A stretch of 64,000 bases of DNA. It comes from Candidatus Eiseniibacteriota bacterium (GTDB lineage Bacteria > Eisenbacteria > RBG-16-71-46). The stretch is from assembly GCA_963707915.1 (NCBI GenBank), contig OY970178.1:1792001-1856000 (forward strand), written 5' to 3'. The notes below the pieces were generated by a model. It was given only the letters and a program-made list of their open reading frames with translations. It searched no databases and was not told where the DNA came from. A program made the translations under genes and the position numbers. Positions 39,914 through 48,992 of this stretch are shown here, piece by piece. Numbering within the stretch: the stretch's first letter is position 1; each line of letters opens with the position of its first letter.

Positions 39914-41845
39914 TCAGCTCCCCCCGAGCCGCGCCAGCACGGCGCCCGCCAGCTGCGTGAGCGAGGGGTCCCGCGCCCCCATCACCAGCACGAGGTCGCC
40001 CGCCCGCGCCTCCGCGGCGATGCGCCCGACCAGCCACTCGCGCGAGGGCGCGAACTCGGCGGCCGCGCCCCGCGCGGCGATCTCGGCGGCGATCTCGGCG
40101 GCGGAGAAGTCGCGCGTGGCGCTGCCGCCCGCGTAGAACACCTCGAGCATCCAGAACCGGTCGGCGGGACGCAGCACGGAGGCGAAGGTCTCGACGAAGT
40201 CGCCCCGCAGGAACCGCGTCGGGCCGTAGCCGTGCGGCTGGTAGACCGCCAGCACCCGCCCGCCCACGGCGCGCGCCTGCGCCGTGGCCAGGGCCGCCGC
40301 GACCTTGGCCGGGTTGTGGGCGAAGTCGTCCACCACCTCGACTCCGCGCGCCGTGCCCAGCGACTGGAAGCGACGGCCCACCCCCTGGAAGCGCCCCAGC
40401 GGCGCGGCCGTCTCCGCGAGCGGGACCCCGACGGCGCGGCAGGCGGCGATCGCGGCCAGCGCGTTCTCGACGTTGTGGCGCCCGGGCACCGGCAGCGCGA
40501 AGCGCACGCCGTCCACGGTGAAGGCCGCTCCGCCCGGCCCCAGCTCGACGTCGGTGCCGCGCACCGCCGCGCCCGCGCCGAGGCCGAACACGGTCGCGCC
40601 GGCGGCGAGCCCGGCGAGGTTCGCGCCCTCCCCCACGACGAAGGACTCGCGGACGCGCCCGCGAAGCGTGCGGAACATCGCGGCCACCTCGTCCATCTCG
40701 CGGTGATCGCGCTGCAGGTTCAGCACCACGCCCACGGCGGGCTCGTAGCGCACGACCGAGCCGTCGCTCTCGTCGGCCTCGACCACCAGCAGGTCCGAGC
40801 GCCCGGCCCAGGCGTTCCCCCACAGCCCCTGCCGCTGCAGCATCACCAGGTCGCCGCCGGTGATCACCGAGGGATCGCGCCCGGCGCCGCGCAGGATCTC
40901 GAAGATCATCGCCACCACCGTGGACTTGCCGCTGGTGCCGGTGACCGCGATCGTGCGGTGGTCGGTGACGAAGCGCGCGAGCAGCTCCGAGCGGTGCACG
41001 ACGGGCACGCCGAGGCGGCGGGCAGCGGCACAATCCGGCACCTCGCGCTCGACCGCGGTCGACACCACGAGCGCATCCGCGCCCGCGACCCCGCTGCCGT
41101 CCTGGGCCGTCACCTGGATGCCCAGCCGCTCGAGCTGGGCGCGGGCCGGGGCGCGCTCGCCGCGGTCGAAGGCCCGGTCGCTGCCGCTCGCCGCGCCGCC
41201 GCGCATGACCTGGAACTGCGCCAGCGCGCTCATGCCGCTGCCGCCGAGCCCCGCGTAGTGGAAGCGCCCGCTCCGCCAGTCGGGCGGGGGCACCTCCGCG
41301 AGCACGGCCACCAGGTCGCCCTCGGCCACGCGGTCGAACAGCTCGATCACGGCCGCGTTCGCCATCCGTACGCAGCCGTGCGACGCGGGCTCGCCCAGCG
41401 CGTCCTCGCGGTTGGTGCCGTGCAGGTAGATGGTGCGCTCGAGCGAGTCGCAACCCGGGCCGCGGTTCACGCCGTCCTCGAGGCCCTCGAGCGTGATGAT
41501 GCGCGAGAGGATCAGGTCATCGTCGCGGGTATCGCCCCGCCACACCTCGCCGGTGGGCACGCGGCTCGCGAACACCGCGCCCGCGGGCTCGCCCGCGCCG
41601 ATCCGCGCGCGGACGCGGTGCAGGCCCGGCGGCGTGCGCAACGAGCCCGACTCGCCCCCGATGCCGGCGGCGGCGGTGGAGACCGGGTACTCGGCGAGGC
41701 CCTCGCCCTGCCGGTCGAGCAGCACGAGGCGCTGGCGCGGCACGTCCACCACGAGCAGGCGTCGCCACGGGCCGGGTGGCACGGGGACCCGTGCCAGCGC
41801 CGTGCGGAAGAGGACCCCGGCGCGCCGGGGGTCGGGAATCGGCAT
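39914..41845 (-). CDS. L,D-transpeptidase (YkuD) domain fused to MurC/Mpl-like Mur ligase
   Basis: N-terminal YPVSTA..TPPG..IYLHGT..ASHGCVRM; then GLGGSGMSALA, GTSGKST, EADESDGS, DDFAHNP. Confidence 0.85.
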   Translation of the reverse strand: MPIPDPRRAGVLFRTALARVPVPPGPWRRLLVVDVPRQRLVLLDRQGEGLAEYPVSTAAAGIGGESGSLRTPPGLHRVRARIGAGEPAGAVFASRVPTGEVWRGDTRDDDLILSRIITLEGLEDGVNRGPGCDSLERTIYLHGTNREDALGEPASHGCVRMANAAVIELFDRVAEGDLVAVLAEVPPPDWRSGRFHYAGLGGSGMSALAQFQVMRGGAASGSDRAFDRGERAPARAQLERLGIQVTAQDGSGVAGADALVVSTAVEREVPDCAAARRLGVPVVHRSELLARFVTDHRTIAVTGTSGKSTVVAMIFEILRGAGRDPSVITGGDLVMLQRQGLWGNAWAGRSDLLVVEADESDGSVVRYEPAVGVVLNLQRDHREMDEVAAMFRTLRGRVRESFVVGEGANLAGLAAGATVFGLGAGAAVRGTDVELGPGGAAFTVDGVRFALPVPGRHNVENALAAIAACRAVGVPLAETAAPLGRFQGVGRRFQSLGTARGVEVVDDFAHNPAKVAAALATAQARAVGGRVLAVYQPHGYGPTRFLRGDFVETFASVLRPADRFWMLEVFYAGGSATRDFSAAEIAAEIAARGAAAEFAPSREWLVGRIAAEARAGDLVLVMGARDPSLTQLAGAVLARLGGS

Positions 41846-42144
41846 GGGGCCACTCTGCCACAACCGACCGGCAAAGCGAACGCGACCATGAGCGGGACCT
41901 GCCGCCGGGTCCGTTCCGAAATGGTTCTCTTCATCGGTACGCCCGAGTGGTAGTGTAACGCTCAGGAGACAGGGATCCGATCGTCGACTCGAGCCACGCG
42001 TTCCCCCGGCACCCTCTCGCCTGGAGCGGTCGACTGCATCGAGCCTCCTGATTCGCGGGTGTCGCGTCGGGAGACACCGGGCCTTCGAGAATCCCGTGAC
42101 GGCCCGCGTTCGATGAACGACATCGCACGAGCCTGGAGGTGCGA

Positions 42145-45100
42145 ATGTCCCCGACGAAACGCCACCGGACCATCCGGACCCAACTCGGCAGGTTGGTCCT
42201 GGTGGTCGCGCTTCCCCTGCTCGGACTCCTGACGCTCGCGATCGTCCTCGCCGCGCAGGAGGCTCGACGCGAGGCGCTGCGGTCGAGCCTGAGACTGGCC
42301 CAACTGGGGGCCGCGCAGGTCCACGGGACGCTGGACGAGGCCTGGGCGCTCCTCGACGAGATCGCGGGGCGGCCACTGGTGCGCGAGGCGCGGCGCGGGC
42401 GCTGCGATCCCGTCTTCGAGGGCCGCACGGCCCTGCCTCGATCGCTCGGCGGCATCCTGCTCGCCGCCCCGGACGGGACCCCGCTGTGCTCGACCACGCC
42501 CACCCAGGAGTCCGACCTCGTGCTCCCCGCCGTGACCGAGTGCCTGGCGCGGGCGCAGCGAAGCGGCCGCCTGGTCATCGGTCCGCCGTTCGTCGCCCGG
42601 GCCACGGGCGCGCGGGTCGTCCTGCTGGCCCGGCCCGTGCGCAACGATGCCGGACGAACCGTGGCGACGCTGGGGATCCTCCTTCGAGTCGATCGCTGGA
42701 CGCCACGCCTGACCGTCGCCGGACTCCCGGAGGGCGGCGCGATCACGGTGCTCGACGGCGAAGGAACGATCATCGCAAGCGTGCCGGATTCCGGGCGATG
42801 GGTGGGATTGGCGACGCGGAGCGCCGAAGTCTCGCGGCTCGCGCTCCGGAGCCGGGAAGGCGTGGGGGAAGTCCGTGGCCTCGATGGCATCGTACGTTTC
42901 TATGGCTACACGACCATCCACGAAGCCGGCTGGAGAGTCGTCGCCGGCGTGCCGCCGTTCTCGGTCCTGGCGCCCTACACCAGCCAGGCGCTCCGATTCG
43001 CGATCGTCTGCCTCGCCATCCTCGTCATCTCCGCCCTGTTCGCGCTCGACATCGGCCGCCGGATCGAGCGCCCGCTCCGCGCCCTGACGGCCACGGCGCG
43101 CGCGGTGGCCGACGGGAAGGCGGAAGCCCGGGCGACCGAGGAAGGCACGGCGGAGACCCGGGAGGTCGCCGCGCAATTCAACCGGATGCTCTCGACGCAG
43201 GAGGAGGCCAGGGTCGCCTTGCGCGCCCAGCTCGCGCTCTCGGAGGAGGCCCGACGCGAGACCAAGGCCATCCACGACCGCCAGACGGTGCTGCTCGAAC
43301 GCGTGACCGACGGCTTCGTGGCCCTGGACCCCGATTGGCGCATCACGTTCGCGAACGAGACGGCCGGGCGGTTGCTGGGCCGCAGCCCCCGCGACCTGGT
43401 CGGCAGGAACATCTGGACCGAGTTCCCCGGCACCGGGGTCCGGGGGGGCTTCCAGGAGGCCTGTCACCGTGCGCTCGAGCAGCAGGTCTCCGTGCGGTTC
43501 GAGGGGGAATACCTGGACTCGGGACGGTGGCTCGAGAACCGGATCTTCCCGTCTCCGGACGGCCTCACGATCTTCTTCGCCGATGTCACCGAGCGGAGGA
43601 GGGCGAACGCGGAACGCCTCGAGGCCGCCTCCCGGCTCCAGCTCGCCGTCCGCGCAGGGAACGTCGGCCTGTGGAGCTGGGACCTGCGCACCGACCACGT
43701 CTGGTACTCCCCGGAGTGGAAGTTACAGCTCGGGTACGGCGTCGACGAGATCACGAGCGAGTTCGGCGAATGGGAGACGCGCGTCCACCCCGACGACCTC
43801 GCCCGGGCCAGGGCCACCGTCGCCGCCTACCTGGCGGCCCCGCATCCGAACTACGAGCTCGAGTGCCGCCTGCGGCACCGCGACGGCACCTATCGCAGGA
43901 TCCTGGCCCGGGCCGAAGTGCTGAAGGACGCCGCGGGCAATCCCACGCACTTGCTCGGGTGCCACAGCGACGTCACCAGGCTCAGACAGGACGAGGAGAC
44001 CCTGCGCCGCGCGAACCGGGCCCTGCGCGTGCTCAACGCCTGCGACCAGGCGGTGGTGCGCGCCAGGACCGAAGCCGAGCTGCTGCCCGAAGTGTGCCGC
44101 ATCGTGCTGACCCTCGGCCGCTACGGGGTCGCGTGGATCTCCTTCGCGGTGCAGGACGAGGCGCGGACCGCGCGCGTCGTCGCCCGGGCCGGCGACCGAC
44201 AGGGCTATCTCGACGAGGTGAGCCTCACCTGGGCGGACACGCCGCTGGGGCGCGGGCCTACGGGCACGGCCATCCGCACCGGACGGCCCTGCGTCGTGCA
44301 CGGCATCGCGACGGATCCCGGTTACGCGCCCTGGCGCGCCGCCGCGGTCCAGAGCGGCCTGGTCTCGTCCATCGCGCTGCCGCTCGTCGCCGAAGGTCGG
44401 ACCCTGGGGGCACTGACGGTCTGTGCCACCGAGCCGGACGCCTTCGACGGGCAGGTGATCCGGCTCCTGACGGAGCTCGCGGACAACCTGGCCTTCGGCA
44501 TCACGGCGCTGCGCACGCGCGCGGAGCGCGAGAGGATCGCGAACGAACTCGGCGAGCGCAACCGCGAACTGACCAAGATCGGCGAGATCGTCGCCGCCAC
44601 CGCCACGAACCTCGACCTGCCGACCGCCCTCGACCGCGTCGTGCGCGGGGCCGTCGAGCTGACCGGCCTCGAGGGCGGCGCGATCTGCCTGCTGGATCCC
44701 GCGGGACGATCGCTCCGACTCGAGACCGAGTTCGACGATTCCCCCGAGGCGGTCCCCGAACTCGCCACCACCGGGATCGAGGTCGGCACGGGCCTGTGCG
44801 GAAGATGCGCGGTCGTCCGCGAGCCGATCATCACGTGGGACGACGCCTCCGGGCGTCGCGCCGCGGCCGGGGCGAAGGCCCCTCGCGCGGGCGTCCGATT
44901 CCACGCCGCCTTCCCCTTGATGGCCAAGGACCGTTGCATCGGCGTCCTGTGCGTCTTCGCGAGGGGCCCGGTGAAGCCGACCGAACGCAGCCTCCAGGTG
45001 GTGCGCGAGCTCTGCGGCCCGATCGGGCTGGTCATTGAGAACGCCCGGCTGTTCCGGACCGCGAACCGGGAACTGACCGAGCGCCGACAGGGGGAGGAAC

Positions 45101-45810
45101 GCGAGCGCCATCTCCAGGGGCGCCTGCGCCGCGCCGAGACCATGTCGGCCCTGGGCTCGGTGGTGGCCAGCGTCGCGCACGAGGTGCGAAACCCGCTGTT
45201 CGGCATCTCCTCGACCCTCGACGCGTTCGAGGCCAGCCACGGCAAGGACGGGGACCACGCGCGCTACCTGAAGGTGTTGCGCGGCGAGACCGACCACCTC
45301 AACCGGCTGATGCAGGACCTGCTGAACTACGGTCGACCGCGCACCCTCGGTCTCGCGGCCGTCCCCCTGCGACCGCTGGTGGCGGGGCTGACCCGGGCGT
45401 GCGAGTCGCTGGCGGGCGATGCCGGCGTCACCATCGAGAACCGCGTCGGGCAGGCCCTGCCTTCCCTGCGGGCCGACCCCGACCTGGTCTTCGTGGCCCT
45501 CAAGAACCTGGTGGAGAACGCGATCCACCACTCTCCGCGCGGCGGGAAGGTGGTGGTGGACGCCGCCGAGGTCCCGGGAGACGGCGAGGGCTGGATCCGC
45601 TGCGAAGTCCGCGATTCCGGCCCGGGCTTCCCGGAGGAGGACCTGCCGAGGATCTACGACCCGTTCTTCTCCCGGCGGGCCGGCGGAACGGGGCTGGGGC
45701 TCTCCATCGTCCAGCGCATCGTCGAGGAACACGGCGGGAACGTCGTGGCCGGAGGCGGTCCGGAAGGCGGCGCGGTCGTCTCGCTGATCCTGCGTTCCAT
45801 GAAGGTCTGA
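42145..45810 (+). CDS. Membrane sensor histidine kinase (Cache-HAMP-PAS-PAS-GAF-GAF-HisKA-HATPase)
   Basis: Two TM helices; VAHEVRNPL H-box, NLVENAI, DSGPG, GTGLGL. Confidence 0.92.
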   Translation: MSPTKRHRTIRTQLGRLVLVVALPLLGLLTLAIVLAAQEARREALRSSLRLAQLGAAQVHGTLDEAWALLDEIAGRPLVREARRGRCDPVFEGRTALPRSLGGILLAAPDGTPLCSTTPTQESDLVLPAVTECLARAQRSGRLVIGPPFVARATGARVVLLARPVRNDAGRTVATLGILLRVDRWTPRLTVAGLPEGGAITVLDGEGTIIASVPDSGRWVGLATRSAEVSRLALRSREGVGEVRGLDGIVRFYGYTTIHEAGWRVVAGVPPFSVLAPYTSQALRFAIVCLAILVISALFALDIGRRIERPLRALTATARAVADGKAEARATEEGTAETREVAAQFNRMLSTQEEARVALRAQLALSEEARRETKAIHDRQTVLLERVTDGFVALDPDWRITFANETAGRLLGRSPRDLVGRNIWTEFPGTGVRGGFQEACHRALEQQVSVRFEGEYLDSGRWLENRIFPSPDGLTIFFADVTERRRANAERLEAASRLQLAVRAGNVGLWSWDLRTDHVWYSPEWKLQLGYGVDEITSEFGEWETRVHPDDLARARATVAAYLAAPHPNYELECRLRHRDGTYRRILARAEVLKDAAGNPTHLLGCHSDVTRLRQDEETLRRANRALRVLNACDQAVVRARTEAELLPEVCRIVLTLGRYGVAWISFAVQDEARTARVVARAGDRQGYLDEVSLTWADTPLGRGPTGTAIRTGRPCVVHGIATDPGYAPWRAAAVQSGLVSSIALPLVAEGRTLGALTVCATEPDAFDGQVIRLLTELADNLAFGITALRTRAERERIANELGERNRELTKIGEIVAATATNLDLPTALDRVVRGAVELTGLEGGAICLLDPAGRSLRLETEFDDSPEAVPELATTGIEVGTGLCGRCAVVREPIITWDDASGRRAAAGAKAPRAGVRFHAAFPLMAKDRCIGVLCVFARGPVKPTERSLQVVRELCGPIGLVIENARLFRTANRELTERRQGEERERHLQGRLRRAETMSALGSVVASVAHEVRNPLFGISSTLDAFEASHGKDGDHARYLKVLRGETDHLNRLMQDLLNYGRPRTLGLAAVPLRPLVAGLTRACESLAGDAGVTIENRVGQALPSLRADPDLVFVALKNLVENAIHHSPRGGKVVVDAAEVPGDGEGWIRCEVRDSGPGFPEEDLPRIYDPFFSRRAGGTGLGLSIVQRIVEEHGGNVVAGGGPEGGAVVSLILRSMKV

Positions 45811-45845
45811 GGCGCGACGCACCCGATCGAGCGGAGAGGGAACCG

Positions 45846-47195
45846 ATGCCGAAGAGACTGATCCTGGTGGTGGACGACGAAGAGGGGGCGCGCTTCGGCA
45901 TCCGCGAGTTCCTCGTGGCGCACGGCTTCGAGGTCGACGAGGCCGCGTCCTGCGCCGTGGCCGACGAGCTGTTTCGGACCCGTTCCCCCGACGCGGTGGT
46001 GCTCGACTTCCAACTGCCCGACGGCACGGCGCTCGACCTGATCCCCCGCCTGCGGGCGATGGACCCGGCCGTCCCGGTGCTGATCCTCACCGCCTACGGG
46101 ACGATCGAGCGCGCGGTGGAGAGCATCCAGGGCGGAGCGGACCAGTTCCTCACCAAGCCGGTCGAGCTCCCGGCGCTGCTCACGGTGCTCGAGCGGTTGC
46201 TCGCGGACCGGCGCATGCGGCAGCGGCAGAGCGCGCGACGCGCCCGGGAGGACGCGGCCGCGCAGGATCCGTTCCTCGGGACCAGCGCGGCCATCCACCA
46301 CCTGGCCGATGAAGCCCGGCGCGCCCTCGCGAGCGAGAGTCCCATCTTCATCCAGGGCGAGACGGGCAGCGGGAAGGGCGTGCTCGCCGCGTGGCTTCAC
46401 CGCAACGGCACGCGCGCGGACGAGCCCTTCGTGGACCTGAACTGCGCCGGGCTCTCCCGGGAGCTGCTCGAGTCGGAGCTCTTCGGCCACGACCGGGGGG
46501 CCTTCACCGACGCCACGACCAGCAAGCCGGGCCTGCTCGAGGTCGCCCACCACGGCGTGGTGTTCCTGGACGAGGTGGGCGACATGGACACCGCGGTGCA
46601 GGCCAAGCTGCTCAAGGTGATCGAGGAGAAGCGATTCCGCCGGCTCGGGGAGGTCCGCGACCGGCGGGTGGACATCCAGCTGGTCGCGGCGACGCACCAG
46701 GACCTGTCCGCGCTGGTGCGGGAGAAGCGCTTCCGCGAGGACCTGTACTACCGGCTGCACGTGCTCTCGCTGCGCATCCCGCCGTTGCGCGAGCGCGTCG
46801 AGGACATCCCGATCATCGCCTGCCGCCTGCTCGCCATGCTCGCGGCCGAGCTGGGCAGGACCGGGATCTCGCTCTCCCCCGACGCGGATGCCAGGCTCAC
46901 CGCCCACCCGTGGCCCGGCAACGTGCGGGAGCTGCGCAACGTGCTCGAGCGCGCGGTCCTTCGATGCGACGGCCCCATGATCGCGGCGCGCCACATCCTG
47001 CTCGACGGGCCACTGGCAGACGGTGCGCCACCCCCCGAGGCCGACCTCACGCTCGAGGAGGCGGAGCACCGCCACATCGCGCGGGCGCTCGCGGCCGAGG
47101 GCGGCCACGTCGAGCGCGCCGCGCGCCGGCTCGGCGTGCCGCGCAGTTCGCTCTACGAGCGGATCAAGAGGCTCGGCCTCACTCCGCCCTACTGA
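45846..47195 (+). CDS. Sigma-54-dependent response regulator (NtrC family)
   Basis: REC domain, GETGSGK, ESELFGH, GAFTDA, WPGNVREL, Fis-type HTH. Confidence 0.93.
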   Translation: MPKRLILVVDDEEGARFGIREFLVAHGFEVDEAASCAVADELFRTRSPDAVVLDFQLPDGTALDLIPRLRAMDPAVPVLILTAYGTIERAVESIQGGADQFLTKPVELPALLTVLERLLADRRMRQRQSARRAREDAAAQDPFLGTSAAIHHLADEARRALASESPIFIQGETGSGKGVLAAWLHRNGTRADEPFVDLNCAGLSRELLESELFGHDRGAFTDATTSKPGLLEVAHHGVVFLDEVGDMDTAVQAKLLKVIEEKRFRRLGEVRDRRVDIQLVAATHQDLSALVREKRFREDLYYRLHVLSLRIPPLRERVEDIPIIACRLLAMLAAELGRTGISLSPDADARLTAHPWPGNVRELRNVLERAVLRCDGPMIAARHILLDGPLADGAPPPEADLTLEEAEHRHIARALAAEGGHVERAARRLGVPRSSLYERIKRLGLTPPY

Positions 47196-47337
47196 GCCTC
47201 GTCGTCCAGTCCTCGGATTCGGGGTCCGGGGTCCGGACGGCCGCGCCCTCCCGCACCGGCTCCCTTTCGCGGCGCGGGGCCCCCAACGCCCTGCGACGCC
47301 GTGCGTTCGCGCACGGCATCGCGGGGTGACCCGCGTT

Positions 47338-47352
47338 TGGCAGGACGCTTGC
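47338..47352 (+). promoter_or_regulatory. Sigma-54 promoter (-24/-12)
   Basis: TGGCAGGACGCTTGC = TGG-N10-GC, directly downstream of the NtrC-type activator gene. Confidence 0.65.
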
Positions 47353-47366
47353 GTCGTAGCGTCGGC

Positions 47367-47750
47367 ATGAGCCCCAGGCTGCTGATCGTCGAGGACGACG
47401 AGGCCACCCTGTCCGTCATGCATGACATCTTCCGGGCGGACGGCTTCGAGGTGGACGGCGTCCATCGCCTGCAGGAAGCGCGGGCGTTGCACGCCGAGCG
47501 GCGGTACGCCTGCGTGATCACCGGTCTGTCCCTGGGCGCCCGGTCGAACGAGGACGGCTTCGAGGTCGCGGCGGCCGCGCGATCACGCGATCCCGCCGCG
47601 CCGGTCATCCTGCTCGCCGACGACGGCACGCCCTCGGTCGTGCAGCGAGCCCGGCAGAGCGGCGTGTACGCCGTTCTGCTCAAGCCGCTGCCCGTGTCCG
47701 AGATCGCCCGGGTCGTGCGCGAGTCGACCCGAATCGAGATCGCCGGGTGA
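47367..47750 (+). CDS. Single-domain response regulator, atypical (phosphoacceptor Asp replaced by Gly)
   Basis: LLIVEDDE...CVITGLSL...LLKP. Confidence 0.75.
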   Translation: MSPRLLIVEDDEATLSVMHDIFRADGFEVDGVHRLQEARALHAERRYACVITGLSLGARSNEDGFEVAAAARSRDPAAPVILLADDGTPSVVQRARQSGVYAVLLKPLPVSEIARVVRESTRIEIAG

Positions 47751-47808
47751 TGATGTCGCCGCGCGCCGCTCACCCGGTTCCAGGGAGCTTGCGAAAGGTG
47801 GTCCATTG

Positions 47809-48555
47809 ATGGCGCAGCGACGCGAGGCAAGGAAGCCGGCGTGCCGCTCGACGGGCCCGCACGGGATCATCGGCCGCGCCCGCAGTCGTTCCACGTCGAC
47901 GCGGATCCTCCTGGCCGTCCCGACGCGGCTCTATTCCGAGGCGATCCAGGCGGCGCTCTCGCCCGTGGCGGGTCTCGAGGTCGTCGGCCGGGCCAGGACC
48001 ACGGCGGAGATCACCGGCTCGGTCGAGCGGTCCTCGCCCGACATCCTGCTCATGGACCTCACGGCCGAGCTGATCCTCCGGCTCGAACTCGCGGCGACGT
48101 TGATGCGGACCCATCCCGGGTTGCGCGTGATCGGCATGCTCCCGGTGCTCCGTGCGCGCCACGCGGAGCTGGTCCTCCGCGTCCACCTGGCGGGGCTGCT
48201 CCACCCGAACGCCGAAGCGGACGAGTTCATCCTGGCCATCGCGGAGGTGTCGGCGGGGCGAACCTACCTGAGCCGCGGCTACGCGGACGACCTGCGCAAG
48301 CGGTTCGCGGGCCGGGAGCCGGCGACCGACCGGAGAACGCGGGAGAGCCTGAGCGAGCGGGAGGCGGAGGTGCTGCACCTGGTCGCCCGCGGCTTCACCA
48401 GTCGCGAGGTCGGGGAGCGGCTCTTCATCAGTCCGCGCACGGTCGAGAACCACCTCGCGGGGCTCTACCGCAAGCTGCGCCTGAACGACGGCCACCAGTT
48501 GTCGTGTGCCGTCTACCAGGACGAAGAAGCCGTCCCACCGTACGGAGAGGACTAG
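47809..48555 (+). CDS. NarL/LuxR family response regulator (degenerate REC; start uncertain)
   Basis: PDILLMD; LSEREAEVLHLVARG..ISPRTVENH HTH. Confidence 0.82.
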   Translation: MAQRREARKPACRSTGPHGIIGRARSRSTSTRILLAVPTRLYSEAIQAALSPVAGLEVVGRARTTAEITGSVERSSPDILLMDLTAELILRLELAATLMRTHPGLRVIGMLPVLRARHAELVLRVHLAGLLHPNAEADEFILAIAEVSAGRTYLSRGYADDLRKRFAGREPATDRRTRESLSEREAEVLHLVARGFTSREVGERLFISPRTVENHLAGLYRKLRLNDGHQLSCAVYQDEEAVPPYGED

Positions 48556-48581
48556 CGCCGCTCCAGCACCGAGAGGGAACC

Positions 48582-48950
48582 ATGGACAAGTTCGGGGCGA
48601 TCAGGAGAATCGCGAGGGCGGCACTGCACCTGCGCGATTCCGAGCTGCAGGGCGCGTTGGCCACGCTCCAGGCGGCGCGCGTTCGACCCGCGGAGGAGGC
48701 TGCCCCGCAGCGGCGGCCGGCGCCGGGGCCCGGGCAGTGGCTGCGCCCCCGGGAGGAGTTGAGCTTCCGTCACGACGTCCTCTGGCGAAGGGACGGCGAC
48801 CTGGAGTCGGGTCCCCTCTGCCCGGCCTGCTGGGGCCGGGAGCACCGCGCCGTTCTCATGCAGGCGCGTGCCGGGAGTTGGTCGTGCCCGGCGTGCGATC
48901 GGGACGTGCGGATGCCCGGCTTCCCGGAGGGCGGCCTGGCTCGAAGCTGA
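48582..48950 (+). CDS. Hypothetical protein with C-terminal Zn-ribbon
   Basis: GPLCPACW...WSCPAC; GAGGG RBS. Confidence 0.6.
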   Translation: MDKFGAIRRIARAALHLRDSELQGALATLQAARVRPAEEAAPQRRPAPGPGQWLRPREELSFRHDVLWRRDGDLESGPLCPACWGREHRAVLMQARAGSWSCPACDRDVRMPGFPEGGLARS

Positions 48951-48992
48951 GCGCGTCGCGCCGCTTCCGGCGGCGGGAGGAAGGCCCGGGGC

